Notes: generated from the letters alone by a model not told the origin. Positions 24,691-32,538 are shown, numbered from the stretch's first letter. The stretch is 35,563 nt of DNA from a virus (IMGVR_UViG_3300011338_000058:1-35563), one strand, 5' to 3'. Numbers and translations are program-made.

Positions 24691-25778
24691 AACTCAGACC
24701 ATCATCAGCGTCCCGCTGGATCGCCTGCCCTGCAAGCGCAAGACTGTCAACGCTTGTGCCTTATCAAGAGAGTGGCGAGGCAGCCAAGATCGGTACTGCC
24801 ATTCACGCGCTGGCCGAGACTTGCTTTCAGCTCGACACCGACCCCATGAAGTTTGTTGGCCAAGTGGTGGAGGGCATCACCATGACTGAAGAGAATTGCG
24901 CCTTTGCCTTGGAGCACTTGCAGGCAATTTGGGCGATTCAGGATGAGCTTGGATCAGTCAAGGTGGAGCAGCTCTTCAAGCTCTACCAAACGCCTCAGTT
25001 CTCGCTACAAGGCACTGCCGATGTCGTTGGTATATCTCAGGACAAGCTGATCATTGCCGACCTTAAAACCGGCCGCGGCTACGTTGACGCCGACAGCGAA
25101 CAGATGAAGATATACGCCTTGGGTGCTTTGATGCACAACAGCCAAAAGCCCAAAGAAGTAGAGTTCCAGATCATCCAGCCACACCATGGTGAGAAACGCA
25201 AATACAGCATGAGCGTGGATGAGTTGGGCGTGTGGGAGACAGAGGTTCTGCTGCCGGCCATTGAGGACGCTGTGAGCGATGCACCGCGTTATGCGCCATC
25301 AGAATCTGCCTGCCAGTGGTGTCCAGCAAAGCATATTTGCTCTGCACAGAAAGAGCAATTCGACATTGTGGCGGCGCAACCTGACATCACCACCATGTCA
25401 AAGGAAGACATCAAAGATGTGATGCTGGCGCTTACGCCTGCACAGATCACAGCACTGCTGGACAAAGCGCCGCTGGTGGAGAAGTTCATTGACGCGGTCA
25501 GAGAACACGCCACCAAGCAGATGGAGGCGGGTGAAGTGATAGCAGGCTGGCAGCTTCAACCCAAACGCGCTTCCCGCAAATGGATTGATTCAGAGACAGC
25601 ACGCAAATCTCTTACTGACGCGGGTCTTACAGACTCACAAATATTTCAAACAGAACTAATTTCTCCTACACAAGCAGAAAAGCTGCTTGCAAAGGACCAA
25701 AGAGTTATCTTGGACGATCTCACGGCCAAGGTATCAAGTGGAGTAACTCTTGCGAGAGATCGCAGTTTTACTCAATAA
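24666..25778 (+). CDS. DUF2800 / Cas4-like PD-(D/E)XK exonuclease
   Basis: PSSA.RW..CP.S, GT..H, GTADV, D.KTG, Q...YALG and C.WCPAK..C Fe-S ligands. Confidence 0.85.
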   Translation: MATSRQQLKLRPSSASRWIACPASARLSTLVPYQESGEAAKIGTAIHALAETCFQLDTDPMKFVGQVVEGITMTEENCAFALEHLQAIWAIQDELGSVKVEQLFKLYQTPQFSLQGTADVVGISQDKLIIADLKTGRGYVDADSEQMKIYALGALMHNSQKPKEVEFQIIQPHHGEKRKYSMSVDELGVWETEVLLPAIEDAVSDAPRYAPSESACQWCPAKHICSAQKEQFDIVAAQPDITTMSKEDIKDVMLALTPAQITALLDKAPLVEKFIDAVREHATKQMEAGEVIAGWQLQPKRASRKWIDSETARKSLTDAGLTDSQIFQTELISPTQAEKLLAKDQRVILDDLTAKVSSGVTLARDRSFTQ

Positions 25779-25813
25779 TGCAAACCCTTGTAATTTAGAA
25801 AGCGAAAAGCGAA

Positions 25814-26422
25814 ATGATCAAGCTAAACCTCTCCAACAGTAGTTCTAGTAACTTCATCCGATTCATGCCAAGCACCAATGCGTGGACCAACAAAGACAAA
25901 GAAGAAATCACCTTAAAGCCATTTGTTTTTGACATCAACAATATCAAGACTGGCTGGTTGCATCTTGATACAGGTGTCAGAGACTGGCAAGAAGACCAAC
26001 AGGTAGGACAAAAAGGTCCACAGCCATCTGCATCTCACGAGAGGGGATTTATTGCAACTTTCTACAACAAATCCATGGGTACAGTTGAGTGGTCATCTAA
26101 CTCTACAGGTGTAAGAATTGGGTTCGAGGATTTGTATAAGCAATGCTCCGATCAGTACGCAGCTAATGAAGGAAAACTTCCAGTCATTAACTACGTCAAG
26201 AGTGAAGCAAAGAAGATAGGTCAAGGTAATACAAGAATCCCAAGGTTTGAAATAGTTTCATGGATCGAACAACCCGCTGGAATGTATCAGTCTGACGCCG
26301 AGTTCATTGCACAGGCAGTGGCTGCGCCACCAGCGCCAGCACCTAAAGCTGTTGCTGCACCAGCTCCTGCACCGCAAAAGTCAGCCATGGCGCAGGTCGT
26401 AGAAGATGACGAGATGTTCTAA
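25814..26422 (+). CDS. Putative single-stranded DNA-binding protein
   Basis: Aromatic beta-rich core, Pro/Ala linker and acidic-aromatic tail EDDEMF. Lies between nuclease and primase. Confidence 0.6.
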   Translation: MIKLNLSNSSSSNFIRFMPSTNAWTNKDKEEITLKPFVFDINNIKTGWLHLDTGVRDWQEDQQVGQKGPQPSASHERGFIATFYNKSMGTVEWSSNSTGVRIGFEDLYKQCSDQYAANEGKLPVINYVKSEAKKIGQGNTRIPRFEIVSWIEQPAGMYQSDAEFIAQAVAAPPAPAPKAVAAPAPAPQKSAMAQVVEDDEMF

Positions 26423-26439
26423 GTAGTAGTCAGTTAAGC

Positions 26440-26469
26440 GCCTGGGTGTCAAAGCCCAGGCTTTTTTTT
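26440..26469 (+). terminator. Intrinsic terminator
   Basis: GCCTGGG..CCCAGGC stem followed by T8. Confidence 0.8.
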
Positions 26470-26493
26470 CCTCTAAAAAATGGCAGCATATAA

Positions 26494-28569
26494 ATGCAAG
26501 CAGAACAAATAGCCAAGAGCTTGGGCAACGCCAAGAAAGCAAACGGCCAATGGGTAGCGTCATGCCCAGTACCGACTCACGGCAAAGGTAACGGCGACAA
26601 GAATCCAAGTCTCAGCGTTCACATTGATGATGAGGGCAAGCCACTCTTTCACTGCCATGGTGGGTGCAGCCAAGAGTCAGTATTCCAAACCATCAGGGAT
26701 AGGAACTTATTACCCGAGCTGGAAGAGCGTCCCGACCCACTCGCCAACATCAAGCCAATGCCAAAGGTGGAATTCCAGCAGGAATGGCAGTACCAAGACG
26801 AGGACCGCGTCACAGTGTTTGTGAAGCACAGGATGCGCGTGGGCAACACCGGCAAGACATACAGGCTCTACAAAATAGATCAAAGTGGCAAGCGATACCC
26901 GACATTGGGTGACGCACGCATCGTCCCCTACAAGCTACCCGAGCTGCTGGACGCGAAGACAGCGGGGCGCATCATCTACTTGGCCGAGGGCGAAAAGGCG
27001 GTGGACGCCTTGATGAGCTTGGGCGTGGCGGCCACAACGAGTCACAGTGGCGCAGGAAACTGGCCGCCAGAGAATACAGAGTACTTTGCTGGCGCCAATG
27101 TAGTGATCCTGCCCGACAACGATCTGAGTGGTTGGGCATACGCCCAACGCGCCGCAGCCGCCATCCTGCCCATCGCCAAGAACCTCAAGGTAGTTGACCT
27201 CGGGCTGCAAGGCCAAGGCGATGACGCATATGAGTTCATTGAGGCAGGCGGTGGACGCGCAGAGCTTGCAGCGTTGGTCAAGGCAGCGCCAAAGATCATC
27301 AGTGTGGATGATGTAACGATACCCGAAAGGCTACAGGCGATTAAAGAAACAGCGCCAGCAGTTGATGCCAATGCAACAAACCTACTAGCCACCATTGATA
27401 TAGCCAAAGAGTTTGCGCCTGATCCAGCACCGCCAAAACAGGAAGAGAAACCCAAACCACTGAAGACGATCAAGATTGAGTCTTGGGATGAGATACAGGA
27501 TGAGCCAGTCGAGTGGCTGATTGAGGGTGTCATACCGGTTGGGAGCTTCACAGCACTGTATGGACCGCCTGGCTCATTTAAGTCATTCATAGCCTTGGAC
27601 ATTGCCGAGGCCATCGCCACAGGGCGCAGCTGGATGGGTAAGCCTGTAAACAAGACAGGCGCGGTGCTGTACTTGGCCGGCGAGGGCTTTGGCGGCATAG
27701 GCGCACGCATCAAAGCCTGCAAGATGCACCATCAGACTGAAGACGGCGCACCCATATACATAGTCAGGCATCAACTCAACCTGAGATCAAGCGCCGAGGA
27801 CTTCAACGCCTTGATGATGGCAGTGGTCATGCTGGTGGAGCAGACAGGCATGGAGTTCAGCCTAGCCATTGTGGATACCTTAGCAAGAGCATTTGGCGGC
27901 GGTAATGAGAACAGCTCAGAAGACATGGGCGCATTTATCACCGCCATGGGAAAAGTGCAGGAGTTCCTCAACTGCGCCTTGATGGTGCTGCACCACAGCG
28001 GAAAGGACGCCGCCAAAGGACTGCGCGGACATTCCTCACTGCTTGGCGCAGTAGATACAGAGCTGGAATTGTTGCGCTTTGACGAGCAGATGAAAGGAAT
28101 CCTCACCATCAGCAAGCAAAAGGACGGCGCAGATAACGAGCGCTTTGGCTTTGAGATGGTCGAGGTAGAGATCAGGCCGGCAGGCTTGGGATTGAGCGAT
28201 CCAGTGGTCAGTTTGGCGGTGCAGGCCAGCGATGAGGCGACAAGAATGCTGTCTGAGAAGTCATCTAAGAAGTCAAAAACATCGAAAAAAATGACCCCAA
28301 ATCAGCGGTTGGCGCTGTCTTCTTTAGAGACTGTCATAAAAGAAAAAGGAACTCCAAAGTTCTCAGATGGTCAGATGCGTACAGCAGTCGATTTGAACGA
28401 TTGGAGAGCTGAATTTCACGCCAAAAAAGGTGTTGATAAGGACTCTGAAGGAGCATTTAGAAAGGCTTGGAAAGATGCCAAAGATTGGTTACAAAATGAA
28501 AAAATGGGTGGAATTAGAGGACAACTGGTTTGGTTGCAATTTAAAGACCATTCGGAAAATGAGTTCTGA
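26494..28569 (+). CDS. Primase-helicase fusion (Zn-binding, TOPRIM, RecA-like AAA_25 helicase, putative C-terminal wHTH)
   Basis: CP..H..D.NPSLS..CHGGC, EGEKAVD, PDND..G, Walker A GPPGSFKS, Walker B IVDT, HHSGKD...GLRGHS. Confidence 0.92.
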   Translation: MQAEQIAKSLGNAKKANGQWVASCPVPTHGKGNGDKNPSLSVHIDDEGKPLFHCHGGCSQESVFQTIRDRNLLPELEERPDPLANIKPMPKVEFQQEWQYQDEDRVTVFVKHRMRVGNTGKTYRLYKIDQSGKRYPTLGDARIVPYKLPELLDAKTAGRIIYLAEGEKAVDALMSLGVAATTSHSGAGNWPPENTEYFAGANVVILPDNDLSGWAYAQRAAAAILPIAKNLKVVDLGLQGQGDDAYEFIEAGGGRAELAALVKAAPKIISVDDVTIPERLQAIKETAPAVDANATNLLATIDIAKEFAPDPAPPKQEEKPKPLKTIKIESWDEIQDEPVEWLIEGVIPVGSFTALYGPPGSFKSFIALDIAEAIATGRSWMGKPVNKTGAVLYLAGEGFGGIGARIKACKMHHQTEDGAPIYIVRHQLNLRSSAEDFNALMMAVVMLVEQTGMEFSLAIVDTLARAFGGGNENSSEDMGAFITAMGKVQEFLNCALMVLHHSGKDAAKGLRGHSSLLGAVDTELELLRFDEQMKGILTISKQKDGADNERFGFEMVEVEIRPAGLGLSDPVVSLAVQASDEATRMLSEKSSKKSKTSKKMTPNQRLALSSLETVIKEKGTPKFSDGQMRTAVDLNDWRAEFHAKKGVDKDSEGAFRKAWKDAKDWLQNEKMGGIRGQLVWLQFKDHSENEF

Positions 28570-28572
28570 ATG

Positions 28573-28588
28573 CTGTGTATTTATACAG
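28573..28588. promoter_or_regulatory. LexA (SOS) box
   Basis: CTGT-GTATTTAT-ACAG. The spacer matches the ATATATAT consensus at 6 of 8 positions, and the site is intergenic. Confidence 0.7.
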
Positions 28589-28708
28589 CGTTACGTTACT
28601 TTCGTTACAAAAGTAACGCACTAGTAACGTACAGGGCGTTACGTTACATATCGAGAGTCTAGGAACTCGATGATATGTAACGCCTGTAACGGCAAAACAA
28701 GGAGTAAC
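28589..28708. repeat. Iteron cluster, putative phage replication origin
   Basis: Ten GTTAC/GTAAC pentamers (5 per strand, 9 as CGTTAC hexamers) in two inverted arrays, right after the primase-helicase gene. Confidence 0.75.
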
Positions 28709-28713
28709 AGAAG

Positions 28714-29394
28714 ATGGCAACAAAGAGAACAGCAAACAAGCATCCAGTGGTGGAGACACCAAGCCCAAAGGCAGACGCTTGGACGATTCATGTGCAATCG
28801 AAGTTGGTCGAGTTGGAGGCAGTCAAAGCCGCCAGCGATAGGAAATGGGGAGAAAACAGACTGTGTACTTTGGTAAGCAGTGAGGTTAGAGAGAAATTCT
28901 GGACTCAGAACGGCAGATTGCATCAAGCGATGGCGGCCAAAGATTGGGCGAAGTTTGATTCCAGCTTGGCAGGGATGATCAGGGCATATGGCGTGCTGGA
29001 CAAACTAGCGACAGATGATGGGTGTGAGCCAGCGTCATCAATACCGAGGATTGAGTGGGAGATGCAAAATGGTCAGACCATGGTGATTGTCAGAAGTGTC
29101 AACGAAGCTGTGGCAATACAGACTCAGCGTCAGGACTTGTCGAATCACCACATTTGGTCGATGCAGGAACTTGAAGCATTGCTGGCTGACGAGCGTATGC
29201 AGGCAGTTATCAAGATCAATGCGCTTGTGCCAACAGCGCAGCTCACCAGCTTTAAGCCAACCTCAGAGTTCAAGCCTGGCGGTGCAACCGGCTTTGATGA
29301 CTTTGAAAATGACTTAACTTTCAACGACAATGACACCATGGAATACAAGTTCAATTCCGAACAGGCAGAAAGGTTCAAGAATGGATCAAATTAA
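28714..29394 (+). CDS. Hypothetical protein
   Basis: 226 aa, AAGGAG RBS, KWG..RL..LV motif. Confidence 0.8.
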   Translation: MATKRTANKHPVVETPSPKADAWTIHVQSKLVELEAVKAASDRKWGENRLCTLVSSEVREKFWTQNGRLHQAMAAKDWAKFDSSLAGMIRAYGVLDKLATDDGCEPASSIPRIEWEMQNGQTMVIVRSVNEAVAIQTQRQDLSNHHIWSMQELEALLADERMQAVIKINALVPTAQLTSFKPTSEFKPGGATGFDDFENDLTFNDNDTMEYKFNSEQAERFKNGSN

Positions 29395-29470
29395 GCGATT
29401 GGCGGCACTTATCCGCGAAAAGGTACTGGACATCGTCCAGCGCGTTAAAACGGCTTTAGGGAGGGTCTGA
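29381..29470 (+). CDS. Amphipathic basic microprotein (29 aa)
   Basis: MDQIKRLAALIREKVLDIVQRVKTALGRV, AAGG RBS, fills the gap up to terS. Confidence 0.45.
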   Translation: MDQIKRLAALIREKVLDIVQRVKTALGRV

Positions 29471-29472
29471 GC

Positions 29473-29901
29473 GTGGCTGGACGACCTAAATTCAGACAGG
29501 ACATGGAATTGCTGGAAGAACTGCCAGACGACATGATCGTGTCAATGCTTGAGGCAGGCAAGTCGCAGACGATGATCTGCTACGAGCTTGGCATTGGGCG
29601 CAGGGCGCTCGAGCAATGGATCGAAGATACCGATCCCTCTATAATTGCGCGTGCGCGCGCGAAAGCCGCCGATAAACTCGCGGTGGAGACTATGACCATC
29701 GCAGACAGCATGGCGGACAGCAATCCGCAGCGCGATGTCCAGCGCATCCGCACTCGCCAGTGGCTGGCCGAAAGGTGGGATCAGAAAACTTATGGTCTAC
29801 AAAAGGCGCAGCAAATCAACATCAACGTGCAGGACTTACGCATGGCGGCACTGCGCCATGTCGAGGTTATCGATGACTTATCCACAGAAAAAAGCGCATG
29901 A
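29473..29901 (+). CDS. terS: Terminase small subunit
   Basis: GTG start with GGAGGG RBS. GRP start, HTH, ARAR..AAD.LA.E...IAD and RI.TR.WLA motifs. Upstream of terL. Confidence 0.75.
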   Translation: MAGRPKFRQDMELLEELPDDMIVSMLEAGKSQTMICYELGIGRRALEQWIEDTDPSIIARARAKAADKLAVETMTIADSMADSNPQRDVQRIRTRQWLAERWDQKTYGLQKAQQININVQDLRMAALRHVEVIDDLSTEKSA

Positions 29902-29974
29902 TGCACACATTGACCTGTGGACAACTGCAAATTGCCTGTTTATTGGGCGAAATCGCTGAAGTTATCCACAATAA

Positions 29975-30002
29975 AGTTAACATAATAGTGATTGTATTAA
30001 AC
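29975..30002 (-). other. dif-like XerC/XerD recombination site
   Basis: Minus strand GTTTAATACAA-TCACTA-TTATGTTAACT in 11-6-11 layout. The XerD arm matches TTATGTTAAAT at 10 of 11 positions. Confidence 0.7.
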
Positions 30003-30035
30003 CGATTATGTAAGCCTCATGTAAGAAAGCATATG

Positions 30036-30048
30036 AATCAATGACTTA
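30036..30048 (+). promoter_or_regulatory. IHF binding site
   Basis: AATCAA-TGAC-TTA is an exact match to WATCAANNNNTTR. Confidence 0.65.
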
Positions 30049-30186
30049 CAAGCGCATCGACCTGTGGATAACTTTTCAGCCGTTTACTGGCCTCCGGTGG
30101 CTGGCTGCGGCCTGCGCGATGACCCCCCCTTTGCTCGCGGCGGCGGGGGCGGCAGCAGTTGCACCTAAACACATATCGCCACCACG

Positions 30187-31665
30187 ATGACCGCACCCCC
30201 TACCCCTACTCCCCCCACCGCGCAAAAGCGCCTCCCGAAAAAAAATTCCAATGATTTGGTGACGAATAACCCATTTGTTGAATTCGTCAAGCTCTACAAG
30301 AATAACCCTGTCCTGTTTGTTAAGGAAGTCCTTAACACCGAGCCTGATGCGTGGCAGATAGAGTTCCTCAATCACATCGCCGCCGGCCACCGCCGCATCT
30401 CTGTACGTTCAGGCCATGGCGTAGGCAAATCGACAGCGTCAGCATGGGCGATGATTTGGTACTTGTTCCTGCGCTTTCCTGTCAAGGTGGTGGTGACTGC
30501 GCCAACCAGCTCACAGCTCTATGACGCCTTGTTTGCTGAAGTCAAGCGTTGGGTTAAGGTGCTGCCACCTATGCTGGCTGACCAGTTGGAGGTGAAGCAG
30601 GACCGCATCGAGGTGAAAGACGCCAACGAAGAGGCGTTCATCTCTGCCAGGACCAGCCGCGCAGAGCAGCCCGAAGCGTTACAGGGTGTCCACAGCGACA
30701 ACGTGATGCTGGTGGCTGATGAGGCATCCGGCGTGCCTGAAAAGGTCTTTGAGGCGGCATCAGGATCAATGTCGGGGCATAACGCTGTGACGTTGTTGCT
30801 TGGCAACCCTGTGCGTTCTAGCGGTTTCTTTTACGACACCCATAATCGATTGGCGGGTGACTGGGTGACGATGCGCGTGAGCTGCGCCGACTCGCCCCGA
30901 GTCAGTGAGGCTTACATTGAGGAGATGAAGTCGAGGTATGGCGAGGAAAGCAACGCCTACCGCATCCGCGTCTTGGGTGAATTCCCCAGAAGTGACGAAG
31001 ATACTGTGATTCCTATGGAGTTGCTGGATTTGGCGATGAATCGTGATGTTGAGGCGAGTCCTTATGCGCCACTGGTGTGGGGATTGGACGTTGCGAGGTT
31101 TGGGTCTGACAGGTCGGCGCTGTGCAAGAGGCGTGGAAATGCTGTGATTGAGCCGATAAAGACTTGGAAAAACTTAGATTTGATGCAGTTGACTGGTGCT
31201 GTGGTGGCTGAGTTTGAGGCGTTGCCGCCAAGCGACAGGCCAGAAGAGATACTGGTGGACAGCATTGGGTTGGGCGCTGGCGTGGTGGATCGGTTGAAAG
31301 AGTTGGGGCTGCCAGCGCGTGGTATCAATGTGTCTGAGAGTCCTGCCATGGGCGGTACTTACAGGAACTTGAAGGCCGAGCTTTGGTACAAGGCCAAGGC
31401 GTGGTTGGAGCAGCGCGACTGCCGGTTGCCTAAAGATGAGCTGCTGGTGGCTGAGTTGGCGACTGTGAGGTATATGTTTACGAGCAACGGCAAGATTCAG
31501 ATTGAGAGCAAGGATGACATCAAGAAGCGTGGTTTGGCGAGTCCTGACAAGGCTGATGCGTTTTGCTTGACCTTTGCGTCAGACGCTGTGATTGGCATGA
31601 TGGGGTCGAAGTCCAGTACGAAGTGGAATCAGCCGTTGAAAAGAAACCTATCAAGGGTTGCATAA
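30187..31665 (+). CDS. terL: Terminase large subunit
   Basis: Walker A SGHGVGKS, Walker B LVADEA, LLGNP, nuclease motifs GLDVARFGSD and SPDKADA. Confidence 0.95.
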   Translation: MTAPPTPTPPTAQKRLPKKNSNDLVTNNPFVEFVKLYKNNPVLFVKEVLNTEPDAWQIEFLNHIAAGHRRISVRSGHGVGKSTASAWAMIWYLFLRFPVKVVVTAPTSSQLYDALFAEVKRWVKVLPPMLADQLEVKQDRIEVKDANEEAFISARTSRAEQPEALQGVHSDNVMLVADEASGVPEKVFEAASGSMSGHNAVTLLLGNPVRSSGFFYDTHNRLAGDWVTMRVSCADSPRVSEAYIEEMKSRYGEESNAYRIRVLGEFPRSDEDTVIPMELLDLAMNRDVEASPYAPLVWGLDVARFGSDRSALCKRRGNAVIEPIKTWKNLDLMQLTGAVVAEFEALPPSDRPEEILVDSIGLGAGVVDRLKELGLPARGINVSESPAMGGTYRNLKAELWYKAKAWLEQRDCRLPKDELLVAELATVRYMFTSNGKIQIESKDDIKKRGLASPDKADAFCLTFASDAVIGMMGSKSSTKWNQPLKRNLSRVA

Positions 31666-31695
31666 TTGACGTAATTGTTTAAAGGGGTATTCAAG

Positions 31696-31863
31696 ATGAT
31701 GAAGAAAACCAAGACAGAGAAGAAGATTTCCAAGGTATATAACGAGTTCAAGGCTGGCAAGCTGCACTCCGGCAAGGGTGGCCCAGTCGTGAAAAGCAAG
31801 GCGCAGGGCTTGGCTATTGCTTTGAGTTCTGCTGGCGTGAAGCCTAAAAAGGGGATGAAGTAA
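31696..31863 (+). CDS. Small Lys-rich protein (DUF6496-like)
   Basis: KV..EFK.GKLHSG.GGPVVKS..Q..AIALS motif. Confidence 0.75.
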   Translation: MMKKTKTEKKISKVYNEFKAGKLHSGKGGPVVKSKAQGLAIALSSAGVKPKKGMK

Positions 31864-32387
31864 TGGCTACCTTAAAGCGCACCATGGATCAAGCCATGGA
31901 TCAAGAGGCTGGCTACCAAGGCGCTGGCGCCAGTTGCCCTGCGCCTACTCAGGACATCACGCTGAATTTGAAGAATCGCGCCAAGGCGATCACTTCAGCG
32001 GGTTATGGTCCTGAGAATCCAGCACTGCCAAACAATGCGTTTTGGTCAAAGAAAGCTGACCAGTGGGATGTTTCTACCGATGACGCCAAGCAGAGCTTAT
32101 GCGGTAACTGTGCCGCGTTCAATGTTGGCGACAAGATCAAGCAGTGCATTGCTGATGGCATTGGCCGAGAGGCTGACCCATGGGGAACTATCAAGCTGGC
32201 TGATTTGGGTTACTGCGAGATATTCGACTTCAAGTGCGCCGCCAGCAGGACTTGTGATGCTTGGGTAGTTGGCGGTCCTAATGAGGGCGATGGCGAATCA
32301 GAGGGTGGCGACTATGAGGAAGAGAGCGATTCTGATGATGGCGAATCCTTACTCACAATCAAGATTGGAGTCAAAGATGAAGACTAA
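31863..32387 (+). CDS. Cys-rich protein with HiPIP-like ligand spacing and acidic tail
   Basis: CGNCAAF..GYCEIFDFKCAASRTCDAW. Confidence 0.65.
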   Translation: MATLKRTMDQAMDQEAGYQGAGASCPAPTQDITLNLKNRAKAITSAGYGPENPALPNNAFWSKKADQWDVSTDDAKQSLCGNCAAFNVGDKIKQCIADGIGREADPWGTIKLADLGYCEIFDFKCAASRTCDAWVVGGPNEGDGESEGGDYEEESDSDDGESLLTIKIGVKDED

Positions 32388-32538
32388 GCCTGGCCTCTAC
32401 GCCAACATCCACGCCAAGCAAAAACGCATAGCGGCTGGCTCTGGCGAGAAGATGAACAAGGTCGGCTCTAAGGCCGCGCCATCCGCTGCTGACTTCAAAC
32501 TGGCGGCCAAGACTGCCAAGAAGAAGCCTAAGAAGTGA
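32377..32538 (+). CDS. Small Lys/Ala-rich protein
   Basis: MKTKPGLYANIHAKQKRI..., GGAG RBS, 53 aa. Confidence 0.75.
   Translation: MKTKPGLYANIHAKQKRIAAGSGEKMNKVGSKAAPSAADFKLAAKTAKKKPKK

Larger units (their letters stand above)
29878..30071. promoter_or_regulatory. Cluster of four DnaA boxes
   Basis: TTATCCACA at 29878-29886 and 29962-29970, TGTGGATAA at 30063-30071, TGTGGACAA (1 mismatch) at 29916-29924. Confidence 0.85.

Noticed and set aside
24666-25778. Cas4-like gene as part of a CRISPR system
   Set aside because: No repeat-spacer array or other cas genes are visible. DUF2800-type nucleases are ordinary phage replication and recombination genes.
29409-29417. Fifth DnaA box (TTATCCGCG)
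   Set aside because: Two mismatches and about 460 bp away from the cluster.
30198-30205. KOPS motif (GGGTAGGG, minus strand) pointing at the dif-like site, and a possible G-quadruplex
   Set aside because: It is a single copy on the XerC side, inside Pro codons, and there are only three closely spaced long G-runs.
31636-31694. Late promoter after terL (TTGAAA..CATAAT, or a third TTGACG)
   Set aside because: The first has a 19-bp spacer and the second has no good -10 element.
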